The notes beneath the pieces are model-generated. The model made no database searches and was not told the DNA's origin. It worked only from the letters and a program-made list of their open reading frames with translations. Position numbers and translations under genes: made by a program. A stretch of 58,887 nt of DNA, counting the filler, from Asterionella formosa (lineage: Eukaryota), in the NCBI GenBank assembly GCA_002256025.1. It is 10 parts of 10 records of this genome, joined end to end, with 100 filler letters (N's around TTAATTAATTAA, not from the genome) between each part and the next. Parts side by side here need not be neighbours in the genome. Positions count along the whole stretch, not along the records: positions 17,742 to 23,550 come from NKIB01012919.1; positions 23,651 to 29,455 come from NKIB01012920.1; positions 29,556 to 35,354 come from NKIB01012921.1; positions 35,455 to 41,241 come from NKIB01012922.1; 6 more parts are not named here. The stretch is one strand, 5' to 3'. This document shows positions 23,329-35,743 of this stretch, in pieces. Numbering within the stretch: the stretch's first letter is position 1; every line of letters starts with the position of its first letter.

Positions 23329-23521
23329 TTAGGGGAAACTCCGACCGCCTTCGAAGGCCTTGCTTGTAGGGGGAAACCCAATACTTCTTGCACACCAGGC
23401 AAGACCGTGCGGGACGGTAAGGAGTGTGGGAACCCAACAATTGCTTCTCAAAAAATTGCGGGAATCGAACCTCACAACCTTAGATGAAAGGCAACGTGCT
23501 AACCACTAAGCCATTCCCTAA
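23329..23521 (-). mobile_element. tRNA-derived (SINE-like) interspersed repeat, copy 1
   Basis: The minus strand has A-box TGGCTTAGTGG, a CTTTCA loop and B-box GGTTCGATTCC, but no acceptor stem. Modules are shared with 50509-50727. Confidence 0.65.
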
Positions 23522-24331
23522 GGAGGAATGCAAAATACACTCATACACATNNNNNNNNNNNNNNNNNNNNNNNNNNNNNNNNNNNNNNNNNNNNTTAATT
23601 AATTAANNNNNNNNNNNNNNNNNNNNNNNNNNNNNNNNNNNNNNNNNNNNAGTAAATTGATCAATAATATTCAAAACATTGTGAAACGGTTTTGTGTAAT
23701 TGTTGTAAATTATAGGATTTCAAATGGAAATACAATCAAATTTATTTCTATCATTGTAGTAGAACATAGGATGGAATTTCGACTGAATCTTTAGCTCTGA
23801 GGCAAAACTCAGGTTCTTACGGCTCGAGTCGGAGCCCCTTGGAGCCAATGGAATGTGCGACCGCGTGCTTCAGGTGGGTACCAGGTACCATACGTGTACC
23901 AGGGTACGAAGTCAGCGAGGCTATGCGTGCATGCCGGTAGTGATGCTGCTTGGAGTTCGTACGTAGCAGCGCGCAAAACGTAGTAACTGGAGCGCGCGCT
24001 CCAGAATGTGACGTCCTGTTGATATGCCTGCGACATCAGGGAAGTGATGTCAACTGTCATCATCATCGTTTCTCATCTTTCAATGGGAAGCAAGCCCCAA
24101 CTAGCTTGGCTCGTCACAAGCAAAGCAAGCGCTTTTGGATTTGTTTGTTGACTCCAGAGTCCCCAGTTTCCATCATTGGTCTTCGTCTGAATTGCGTCGA
24201 AGGAACTTTCCGCGCTGGGCCTCCGATTGGTACTCATTTTCCCACAGCTGATATCAGCCCGGAGTCTGCAATTGTGAAGCAGTCAAGTCAGGGTAACAGA
24301 GGAGAAGGCAACGTACACTCACACAAACGTC

Positions 24332-27300
24332 ATGGACCCTGCCCTGGATGTTTTGAACAGGGCGTTGGCTGGTGATCACGGCGCCCTCTCGTTCCTGGAT
24401 CGGACTTCTTCAATTTACATTCTAGATGCCACAGACCCCTTTAAACCAAAAACCTACGGAGGATGGAACTTCATCCATCAGGCATTGAATGAAGTTGAAC
24501 GCCACGAAGCTCTGCATTACGCGAGTGGGTCCAAGGTCGGCCTCAATGGGCATGTGCAACTCTTGACGACTTTAGCTGAACGGGTCGCTCGACGATCACC
24601 CGCTGTAGATAAAACATTGGTGACGACTTGCATAGCCAATGCCTCGCAAGGCAGCCAGGCCGACGCCGAGGGACTGATTGCATTGAACGTCGAGATTCGC
24701 GAGATCGTAATGGGAAGAATCGCAGCCATGGCTTTCGACTTTTCCTTTCACAACCTAACCGGACCGCACGTGTCGGCTTTCTCAGATCCTGTAGCCATGG
24801 AGAAGTTATGTGCAGTACTAGCTGCAAATGCAGTGTCAAGTGGCCCTCAGGCAGTCCATCATTTCATGGTGGAATGGGTCATTCCCAGTGCACGGTCTCT
24901 CCCACCTTTCTCCGTCGCGAGCGTGACTTGTCATTTGGCAATCGAGGCCCTGAGGAAGGGGGCGCCAGCAGGTACAAGGGATGTACTACAGAGACTGTCT
25001 CATCCAGTTGTTTCCATCGTCCTAGCTCCTGTTTTGGTTGAAGCGGTCAGTGACGAGCGCGATGCGTCAAATGGCCTCTCAAATCGGGACCAGACAATTA
25101 GAGTCGCGGCTGTTAGCATTCGAGCGCTAGATCGATGGTGTGCTGCCACTGACATGAGTCTGCCGCAAGTGAAGCACATTTGCGCTAAAGTACAGGTACG
25201 TAGCATCGACTCAGACTCGTACAGGTTTACCCCATCTTCTCAAAGAATTGCTCAATTCTGCTTTAAAAAAAGATTGATATCGTCGAGGTCATCAGTGACG
25301 CTTTATACTCTGATTCTCACTTCGTCGTCGACGCCATGGCGGAACTACTAGAACTATGCCTAGTACAGAATAACGAGCAGAAAGTCTCAAAAGACAGAAT
25401 GACACAAGCAAGATATATAATGGAAGTTGACGAGGAATCTTTTCGATCGATATCCGCTGAAGATTTGTTCCGTATTGAATTAAAAGAGATGTATACTGTG
25501 TTAGGGGAGCTTGTTGCTGCCGTAGGACTTCAGCGGTATCGTTTTGTCGAGCGACAAAAGCATGGTAAGCCAGGAAGTGTGCATGCAATCAGGTTATGTC
25601 AACACTAAACACTCATCAGTTTTTGAGTAGGCGACAATAATCTCTGCCGGAATTTGACTCGGATTGCTGCTGCTGTTGGAAGTGCTGCTATGCTGGCTCT
25701 GATTTCAGGAGAAATCAAAGGCGGTGGGACAGGTATTTTGGATTTGTTAATGAAGGCTGCCGCTCATCCATCTGTTAACATTTGCGGTATTGCTCTTAAT
25801 GTTCTCTCCCAATTTGTTCCACTCGAACCTGGATTCCCACTGCGACTACTCCCGGTTTTGCAGCACCGAGCAATTATTCCACATATTGTTGTAGGAGGCG
25901 TTCCCACTATTCTAGCAGCTGATCTATGCGGTGTCGACTTCCACGAATTCGAAAGCTTCCGAGAAAACACATTAACAGAAGCTTTGCAGGCTTGCTTTCG
26001 CCAGAATGCGAAGTACTATATGGATTCATGCACATCCGCTATTGAAGAGTTCTGTAGCGCAGAAGGCACCGTCGAAGTTTCTTTCCAGCTCGAAGCTGCA
26101 TTGTTTTGCGTTGGCGCTGTCTCGCTAGAAGTTGTAGCTTCGAAGAAGAATGAAATGTGCTCAGAAGATGTGGCAGCGTCAGATGGGATTCACGACTCTC
26201 AGTTATTAAGGTGTACGAATGCATTGGGGAAAAAGCCTGTCTGTATCACTGCCAACCCATTGACACTGGCGCAATTGAACCGATTCCTTCGACAGGTAGG
26301 CAGCACATAATTTCGCATTTGAAGAAAATCTTACAGCGAATACTCACCTATTACTGTTTTTATCATTTTGTCACAGTATGGAAGCTGGTATGCTCGTGAT
26401 AAAAACGAGGCTGCTTTGGACATTGGTGCTGATCTTGCCTTGTCAACATTTTCTATGGCCGGTAGCGCATTCGCTCCTGGGGAACCAGCCCGAGATATAC
26501 TCCGCGAAATGTCGTCAACTCCTTTCGCAGAGGCTGCGGAAGCGTTGAGAATTATGCTAAGTCGAAAACCAAAGCATTTCACATCGCAGCAAGCCTTATC
26601 GGTCTTAGGAGGTATGTACCAATCGGCCTTGTTCATGTTCCTTTTTATCGGACGGAGACATTTAACATTTTCTTATTGATTTATAGGAGGTTGGGAAGCC
26701 TCATATGCAGCAAGTAACAAAGCTGGAGCATTATCAGTTGATGACCGCATTGCATTTGCCACAGGAATCTGCCACGTCTTCGCCTCTCTTCCTCCGCAGC
26801 AACGAGCGATTCCGTATCATGCCTTCTCATTACCTACACTAGACTGTCTGAAATCTATGCTTGGAATGGCGGACATGCTTTCACGAACGAATGGTAGCGT
26901 CGAGGGGCGACTGTACCCAGTGCTGGTGAGGATGGCAGATGAAATAACTCTTCTTTCCTCAATGCTTCTGTCGTACCAAAGCGCATTGAAAAGTGAAGGA
27001 AATTTTCACGAAGAATTAGTAAACATTGACGATCCACGTATTGGATTGCTACGGGAGGCTTGGCCTTCCTTTTCTCACGCAGCGATATCATTTGGTTATG
27101 ATAAGGTAAGGAGAAGGCCTAGCTTTGTCAATTTCGCTCTGCCTTATAGTATAGTCCTCACCACAATGTACAGACACTGTCAAACGCCCTGGGCCTTTTC
27201 TTAATTACTTGCATTCCTGTAGCTTTGGACCGGGAGGAAGACGTTGCAATGCTCCGTGAACTTTGCTCACTTTCGTCGAATTTAAGTATACAACAAGACG

Positions 27301-28282
27301 GAAATAGCCCAGCTTTATTGGTTGTGTTAGATTTTGGACGAGAACTGTTAGACGTTCACGGTGCAACAATAGATGTGACGACAAAAAACATGCTGAACGA
27401 ATCTTGCGAAGCTCAAAGTTCGAAACCAGATGTAGAAGTTGGGCACCTTGTTGAGACCTTGGTGTTATCTACGATTCAAAGTGCAAGTTCGAATCTCGGA
27501 TCAGCATGGAGTCGACCAAAGGAACAAGGCCAAGGGCAGAATCCGTTCGAGAGAAGCAAACCTGACCCCGTCCAAAGAACAACAGCCCCGGAAGCACTTG
27601 CAAAGATATTTTCTCTTTTGGAGACATGTGCACGTTGCTGCCCCACTTTTCTGGCTCACCTACCAAGTGCTCCTGGATTGGACAGAGATATCAATCTATT
27701 GCTCGGCTGTGCAGTGCAGTCAGCAGTATCGTCGCTTATGGATGAAGATGTCGAAGTCAGTCGAAACGCAATACTCTTCCTCAAATCAACGGTAAGCAAA
27801 CATGCATGATCAAATTTCATTGTAGTTATAGCAGCTGACTGATCTCTGCACCTATGTATCAGGTTGAGCTATTGCTCCCACAAGTCACGCAAAATTCAAC
27901 GCAAAGTATAATTCGCGGATTACTTGAGGGAGAGCGCCAAAGTGCAACCAACATGCTTGTGGCAGGGGCGTGCGGGGGTATGCAACAGGCCGTATTAGAC
28001 CCTGCAGCTTCCTTGCTATACTCAATGTTGCGAATCTGTCATCCTGATGATGTTCAACTTTGCTGCGAAACGTCTCTTCGTCAAACTGCCTTCCAGCTTG
28101 GAGATATTGCCAAGGAAATAGTACTTTCCATTTTAGGTAGATGTTCGACTGGCGAACTGCCCTCTAGTGCACTTATGGATATATTCGAAGATTTATGGAA
28201 GCTTCATCAATTCGAACAGAATGCCTCCATTTCAGAAAGCGACGTTGTTCTCCGATTTGCCGAGGAATATGGAAACCTGTGA
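24332..28282 (+). CDS. importin-beta/transportin-3/importin-13-like HEAT-repeat protein, 7 exons (24332-25195, 25273-25564, 25631-26295, 26377-26611, 26687-27105, 27174-27791, 27863-28282)
   Basis: GT-AG introns of 66-81 bp keep the frame. Alpha-solenoid character, e.g. LDLLMKAAAHPSVNICGIAL, FESFRENTLTEAL, QLEAALFCVGAVS. Confidence 0.75.
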
Positions 28283-28497
28283 TGCTAGAACAATAAGCAT
28301 TACGCTCAGAATGGGCCGTTGCGATGTTAAGATACAAAATTTTGTCCAGACTTTCCTGTGATACATTGCACTAAACTTTTCCTTTTTTCAACGTTTTTGC
28401 CATTCAAAATCGTCTAGATCCGTTTACAAGAAATAATTGTCATGATACTATCGTTTGATGCTCTAAAACAGGGGGATATAATTGATTTCTTTCAAAT

Positions 28498-29289
28498 TTA
28501 AATTGATCCAAATTCATCGAGCCTTACAGTAAGGTCGAAGAATTGTTGTGCAATCATGTTGCGATCTCTTTTGCTTCGTTCCACTCTAACAATGTAAGGG
28601 TGATTTGGAGGAAGAGCTGCCTTATACACCGCTAGAGCCTTCTGATGTGCACGTTTTGATTCCCTGTATCGCCGACGCTGGTGAAATGCGCGTCCAATCG
28701 CTAAATGAATGTCACCGACATCGACATGTTCTGCCCCAAGGACTTCCTCTTTCAAAGCCAGTGCGGACTGGTAATTACGCATAGCCTCGATATAGAAAAG
28801 CCTATTTTGCTGCGCATTTCCAAGTTCTACTAATGTATTGGCTAAGCCGTTGATAGCCCACTTGTCAGTAAGTCCATTCTTCGCAATTTCCTTCATAAGG
28901 TGCACGGCATGCTCCAGATCTGTGACGGCAAGAAAATACTCTCCAATCTTCGCATATGCATTACCTCTACGCCTCAATGTTTGAGCCACCAACTGGCTCT
29001 GTTTTCCATATTTCTCAATTTGTAATTGCAGGGCGTCACTCCACATTTGAAATGCCTTGTCCCATAGGCCAAGGTGTGCATGCGCCTCCGCCATTTCACT
29101 CAACGCGAAACCGACAAGTTCGTCGATCTCCTTCTGTTTATTTATTTTCACTTCCGATTTTTTCGTGTTTTCTGCCGATATGAGCATCTTCTTTGTATTA
29201 ATTGCCACGACAGTTTTCTTGTTTGCCCCGGGTCGCACTGCCACGAGAGGCATCGACCCTGTGATGTGCATCATCGATATCCATGTCAT
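28498..29289 (-). CDS. TPR-repeat protein (kinesin-light-chain-type TPRs)
   Basis: Repeated ALQLQIEKYGKQSQLVAQTL / ALALKEEVLGAEHVDVGDIHLAIG / ALPPNHP helices. The start codon is uncertain. Confidence 0.85.
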   Translation of the reverse strand: MTWISMMHITGSMPLVAVRPGANKKTVVAINTKKMLISAENTKKSEVKINKQKEIDELVGFALSEMAEAHAHLGLWDKAFQMWSDALQLQIEKYGKQSQLVAQTLRRRGNAYAKIGEYFLAVTDLEHAVHLMKEIAKNGLTDKWAINGLANTLVELGNAQQNRLFYIEAMRNYQSALALKEEVLGAEHVDVGDIHLAIGRAFHQRRRYRESKRAHQKALAVYKAALPPNHPYIVRVERSKRDRNMIAQQFFDLTVRLDEFGSI

Positions 29290-29555
29290 ATTGGGCAGTT
29301 CTTTGATTAAGGTAGTTTCTACTTTTGAAGCTGTTGCATTGTATTGCAGGAGTTTGATTTCACAAGCTGAGGAAAGCGAGTTTTCAATCGTATAATGCTT
29401 TGAGAACAGTTTGAAATTATTTCTCTGTTGATTTTTCAATCACACCAGGTACTAGNNNNNNNNNNNNNNNNNNNNNNNNNNNNNNNNNNNNNNNNNNNNT
29501 TAATTAATTAANNNNNNNNNNNNNNNNNNNNNNNNNNNNNNNNNNNNNNNNNNNN

Positions 29556-30026
29556 AGAGAAAGGTTCCCCACCAGCATTGGCAATGGCACAAAGATGTTT
29601 GATGCGGATCCATAAATGTTCAATTGGCGCCTCTGGTGTCCAAGGATCAGCCAAGCACATGCGATTAAGTTCTAAATCATCCGCACTCAATGTTGCTTAT
29701 GTAGATTCTAAGTGAGCAAGCAAGGTCAGAACAGTGATGTCTGCATATCCAAATGTAGCATCTTCCAGAACATTGTAGTAAGTTGGGTCAATGGCTGTTA
29801 GAATTTGTTGGCGGAGAATTTCACGGATTTGGGAGTAACGGCGGAATGCGTCAAGGGAGGTGTCAAAGAGACGGTTGGCAGCAGTGATTTGGGACTGTGT
29901 TGCAGTAGCACTGTGTGGCGGCTGGGTGCCGGGATGTTTGGGCGGTAAAAAGGGTTCACCAGCATGTAAAAGATAAGGAGCAGCAGCCATGACAATACCA
30001 AGGAAACCATTGGCACCACCACCACT
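29556..30026 (-). pseudogene. copia (CoDi-type) gag, downstream part
   Basis: SGGGANGFLGIVMAAAPY...HPGTQP...LRQQILTAIDPTYYNVLEDATFGYADITVLTLLAHLESTY...WTPEAPIEHLW, a typical diatom copia gag N-region. Confidence 0.85.
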
Positions 30027-33000
30027 CGTCTGTAAATAGAAAATATCATGAAAATATGATCAAGGGTATCGTACGCTAAGCGGCACAGGATTTTCACATA
30101 TATGATAGTTTTTCGATCAAAAATATGATCAATGTATCATATAATTATGATCATGCAGTAAACTTTCACCGAGCTTGAAGTATGATGAGACTATCATAGT
30201 TATAATACCATTGCATCATATAATTAGTTAAACATAGTCATATGATGTGTATACTTTTGTCATACATCTATCTTAGCATGATTGTAATTCTCATCGATAT
30301 CACTGTCTAAAATAAGATGAAATTGATCGAAATTTAGAACTATATTTTGCTAAGAATGGTTCTATGATTCTATCATATCTTAAGTGGCTACAGAATGTTC
30401 TACAATGCTCTCATCGCAATGATTGTTGGTGCCGCTTTCACTTCCACCTCCCTCCCCCCCCAATCCAATTCTGAAGGTTGTTGTACTGGTTGCCTTGCCG
30501 TTGCTCCTCTGTTTGCTTTGTTTTTTCCATTTACTCCTGACGGATCTGAGTTTGCATTCACGCATTTTCCTATTACTATTTAATCCGTTTCGTTGTCCCA
30601 ATCATACTAACAAAGAGAAGCAATTCATTGTTAGCTGTTCATGTTTTGCTTACACAACAACATTCATTTCGCTTCTATCTTGCTTCACTTACCACAAATT
30701 GAGGAAGTAACTGATGCATATTTCTGTAGAAGAATGTGTCAGTCGAAGATTGAATGAGAAGCAAAGTATCGATCAATAAATGGGCTCCAACACTGCTGTT
30801 TGTAACATACAAATACTGTTTGTCTACCATTATCCTGAAAGAAGCAACACATATGTGTCAGTTTTTCTAACAGTTGTGGATTGATCCAAAGATGGCTGAT
30901 AGGCAGCACTTACCGATTTCTTTTGTCCACAGCCATTGATGTTTGGCCAGCCACCAAATCGAAAAGTAGCTATTGAATCACTGAAAGGGGCGGGACGAGT
31001 CATTCCGTATTTGTTATCCAAGCAATTGATCATCTTGGCATTTGCTCTTGACAAACCGTGATGCTATGCACAGCTTGTTGATTCCGCCCTTCTCCATCAT
31101 ATTCACTCCTTCTTAGCCGCATGGTGTATTGTCACTTCAGTTGTTCGCATTATGTGTTGCTTGAGATCCTTCATTTGAGGAAGTGGATGCAGCATGACAA
31201 GGAACATGAAAGGCATCTGCTCTTGACTTACCATCAATTGATTCCGCCATTCTCTTCTAAGCCGCAAGTATCGCTCATTGTGCTTTATTATCACTTTCGT
31301 TTTCCGCGTCATCATCTGTGTTAATCCTTTAATTCAGGAGCAAAGTGTATGCATGACAAGGAACCACATGAAAACATGATTTCAAATGTTTCAGCCATGA
31401 ATACATATATATAAAGATTTGTAAGAAGTTTAAATGTATACATAGTTGAACATTTGCATAACTTTAAACCACTTATTATACAGCACATCCTGTGTATACT
31501 AATATCAATTTTGATTATACATAGTTCAAATATACACAATGCATGATGAGTTCATAGTTTTCCACGACCTGTTGAGTTTTTTTCAATTTTTTTGTGTGTC
31601 AATTCTTGTACCTACAAGTCAGTGGCTGATTTAATTAAGCCCCTTAATAAACAGGAGACGACAAATTTTTCAAATGGTCGAAATCATACATTTATGTATA
31701 TAGACATATTGACCAAAATTCATATGGCCTACCGGTAGTACTGTATAATTGCTGGTAATTACTTCTATCATGGAAATACCACAATAGTGCAGCGGAAAAC
31801 TGAATATGCTCATGTGTTAAGGATCATTTGATCATATTTTTAAGATCAATCAATCCTGATTCTTGGAAATAAATGTTGATCTTTCATTTTCTCATCAATG
31901 ACACCGTCTATCATATGATCAATATGTTATGATCAAAGGTATAGGATAAACGAATCTAAATTCATTGATTAAAGATCATAGTTTATACCGGAGTAGTTGC
32001 TCATGCATGCAACCCCTTCCCCCCTGTATACAGTATGGAAGTGATAACCCCCAAGCTACCAAATTTTTATGTCTTGTAAGAATTATCGCAGCATGCATGC
32101 ATACATGACTCCTACTGGTATAACCAATGCGGGAGTGATGACCACCAGACTACGAATCCTATAGGTCCTGTAGAATTATCGCAACATTGCTGCATATCTA
32201 ATGAAAGGTCGGGAGGAGTCATCCATGCACCTGCATAGTATGAAATATGGAAATGATCAAATATAGCAAGTCTACACAAGGAGCAGTGCATCATATATGC
32301 CCTGTTTTTTTAATTCCTATGAAATCTCGCTCTTGATCTGTTCTGCGCTTTTTCGCCACAATTGTTTTCATTGCCTGTTTCACTGGACAGCATTCGAATT
32401 GATTGTGCTTTGAACGAAGCAATGATCAAAGTCCACCCCATTGCAGAATGGTGAGTCTCACAACTAAGTATCAGCCAGTCGATTAAAATTGGACTGTCTA
32501 TTGTGCACCCTCGTTGTGTTTGTACTTGACTTGGCAGCTGTCAGCCAAGAGCAGCCATGGTATGCCACCGTTTATTGTCTATACAAGTTTCGAATGCGTT
32601 CAGCTATGATAAGTTTTGCTCCCCCCTCCTAAACACTATCTCACAACGCACCCTTGTCATAGATTTTTCTTTATCCTTTGGCTTCACAGGCCCAGGTTAC
32701 TCAATGCCTTCATCTGCAAGGAGTTCAGCCAAGCAGGTCCACGTTGGCGTCAAGAACACCTCAACCCCGATTTTCCTCACATGTTCCACCCATCGAATTC
32801 TTCATTGATGAAGTCAAGGGAGCTATAGTGACGACATCAGGTGGCGCAGGCTTGTGTATAGATTGATGATGCCGAAAGCAATGCTTCCTTTTCCAGTAGG
32901 TACCTGTTTGTCAACATTGTTTGGTTCAATCCATTCTTGTTCCCGCAAGGAGACCAGAAGCAATTATCCCTTTACTTCTCCTCCCAAGAACCTTCATTTC

Positions 33001-34339
33001 TCTTTCACAATTGTCCTGATGTTTGCAGAGCATTTTTAGTTCTTCCCTTTTGATTTTTCCACTGGTTTCGATCCCATTTGCACCATTCAATTCAAGAAAC
33101 AAGCAACTCATTGAGATTTCTGGAGGTCTCGGTCAGTGGCACCATAAAGCAACAATCAACAGATCATGGCGGCTGTTCTACATTTTCTGTAGCAAGTGAC
33201 ATTCAAGAAGGGACTGGGATCATTGGGAAGAAAAATTAGTAGGATTCTCTGGCTGTGTTTGCCCCCGCCCGTTTGGCAGCCATTCTACCATTACTTCCTC
33301 TCAATCAATACAAGTATAGCTAATGAAAACCGTAATTAGATGAAATGTAACTTCCGGTTTCTAATATGTTACATTGTTGCACTACGACTGAAACTTGAAT
33401 CCATAAATGGGCATTCAACTTGTGCTTGCTTCTTGCATTTTTGCAGTATAGACTGGCTGGTGGGCGATAGGCCAAGCAAAGTGTCTCGCTGTTCATGAAC
33501 ATCTACAAGCTAGCTACTAGAGCTTTTGTCGAGGTTTGTGTCTGATACCCTACTACCAACTGCTGCCATCCATTGAAATATTCCAGATACATCAAAGAAT
33601 ACGCTCTTGTCTTTAAAGGTAAGGAACTAGAACGATGACAAAGAAAATCTAATGAGACATGAAAATTACGAAATCCAGAATCACTCTGTTACTATAAATA
33701 GACAGTCTCATGCTTCTTTGTGCATATCGCCTGCTATGCTGCGTTTCAATTCTTGATGTATTACGTTCTTGTTACTAGAGAGACGATGTTGTGGAGAAGT
33801 AGATTGTGCTGTTCTATAATGGATGTTGTTTAGCTATGATTGAGGTTGTAACACTGATTGATGCTCTGGTGACAGACCAGCCGGAAATTTTCGTCTTGTG
33901 TGATGAGCCATTTCGTTTTCATTGGATTTCTTTTCAAGCTCTTAATGGATTGCATAGTACGAACATACTTTACAATGTAGATGATGATTCATTGAAGACA
34001 TATGATGACTTGACCGACAAATGAAGATTTTATCACAAACATTCGTTCCTCTCGACATGGATGCTTTGTCGTTGTTGCAAGAATCAGAGTGAGGACTGGA
34101 GAGGATGATGAGCCAAACCACATAACTCTAACTGGTACATTATCCTACCAAGAAATTTAAATAAAGGAAACTAAAAGAAACAATACATATATTAATTAAA
34201 TTTCCATAGTCAAAAGGGTTACTATTTGAATTACAAGAGCATTTGTCAAAATTATTAGATGATATAACGAAAAATTATGATCAGATGATCATAATCCTAT
34301 GATGCATCATGGAAATATGATGGTTTTTATTTGCAGACG
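30027..34339 (-). mobile_element. TIR DNA transposon inserted in copia gag, 2-bp TSD (CT)
   Basis: The ends CGTCTGTAAATAGAAAATATCAT / ATGATGGTTTTTATTTGCAGACG are inverted repeats with TATGATC-rich subtermini. Removing the element and one CT restores the gag frame RSVHYTSGGGANG. Confidence 0.9.
32400..33300 (-). pseudogene. heavily decayed DDE-type transposase remnant
   Basis: Fragments across frames: IFLPNDPSPF, EGSWEEK..KG..REQEWIE, TSLRHLMS..LDFINEE, IGVEVFLTPT..AELLADEGIE, THHSA..DFDH. These resemble IS630/Tc1-like 'H.E.AGEGIEY.W' transposases. Confidence 0.6.
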
Positions 34340-34479
34340 CTGGTATAGTGGACAGAACGAGCGTTGGCAAAGAGATCCTTGTGAAGGCAGGTTACAGTGA
34401 GGGCTGTAGGTTTGCCCTCGATCGGCGTCAAGAGCGGATGAGGGAATGGGAAAACAGCGGAAACGATTGTATTCGTCAT
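34340..34479 (-). pseudogene. copia gag, N-terminal part
   Basis: MTNTIVSAVFPFPHPLLTPIEGKPTALTVTCLHKDLFANARSVHYT continues in frame into 30026 once the insertion is removed. Confidence 0.85.
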
Positions 34480-34616
34480 GGTGGAAGAAGGCCCGAGAGA
34501 CAGGGAAAGCGAACGGGCAAGCGGTTGATTGTTGAGAACAGTGCTGGTTTGCACCGCCGACAAGAGCCGCAACATCACAGGTGCGGACAAGAGAGAGAGA
34601 ACAGACATTGTAGTTC

Positions 34617-34680
34617 TGTTGAGGGGAACCTTGTCGTGAATAAAGGTGAACTACAATATTATGACTATTCTATTGCTGTT
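34617..34680 (-). repeat. 3' end (U5) of the 5' LTR of the second copia element (distal LTR boundary undetermined)
   Basis: In element orientation it ends ...CCCCTCAACA, about 140 bp upstream of the gag ATG. Confidence 0.6.
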
Positions 34681-35743
34681 TCGAGTACATCGTTGTTAGC
34701 ACTCATGCATGTACCTAATCTGGTGGCTGCGCCGGTATGGTTCGTACGGCGCATGTATGGAGCATCATATGCAGATGATATCGATACATCTGATGTTGGT
34801 GGCAAGTTTTTGCTCCGGTCATGTATGTAATGATGCTTAACGGATATTCTACCGGTACCGGCCGGCAGTCATCTAGTCTACATACGTACGTGGTACTAAA
34901 AACAACCATGCATGGTTTAAGCTATGCTGTAACGCTTACTTTGAACACGTTATAATATTATCTCTGTAGACTCGGTATTATTTTTACGAGACCTGAAATG
35001 TTGAATTATATCGTTCACATATTCATTGATTTTACGTACCGTATGCCCGATTTCGTCCTCACAAATATAGTTCTCACTCTATCTTGCCTGCCTTTGCTCT
35101 ATTCGGGCTTGCAATAGGCAACGTTCGTCTTTCTTTTATCCCATCGTCTGCTGCTTGTTATGCTAGTTGAAGCGGATCGGTGAGTACAACAGTGAAATAC
35201 TGAATGTGGATTGTAGATCGTATTTATCGACTTTCCGATTTGATTGCTTCCGTGGTTTGTTTTGATCGCTTCCATCGTTGTTTGTCGTTACGCACTGTCG
35301 TTTTGTTTCGATTGTACATATCTACATGAGAACCAATGCATTTATCAATGACTANNNNNNNNNNNNNNNNNNNNNNNNNNNNNNNNNNNNNNNNNNNNTT
35401 AATTAATTAANNNNNNNNNNNNNNNNNNNNNNNNNNNNNNNNNNNNNNNNNNNNGAAAACCGTCGATGTCGGTTGCCAACTAGAGCAGGTATTCGAGCTG
35501 TTTTGCAGATTTGGTGGGATACTGGCAATGCAAGCTCGACTTGTGATACCATCACATTGTAGGAGATCGTTATTGGTACCGCAAAATGATTTTTGGCTTT
35601 TCAATCGACATTAAGTTGCAATAGATTCGATGTACTGATTTTATTCAATGCACATTACGCCTTACTTCTATTTCCTAGTCTTAATAGGCAGAGATGAATG
35701 ACGCAAGAAACATTGATTGCAGTGAAAACTATAATTGCCTCTA

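Noticed and set aside
23452..23525. Functional tRNA-Glu gene
   Set aside because: A and B boxes are present, but the acceptor and anticodon stems do not pair. It is embedded in a repeat with a second degenerate copy.
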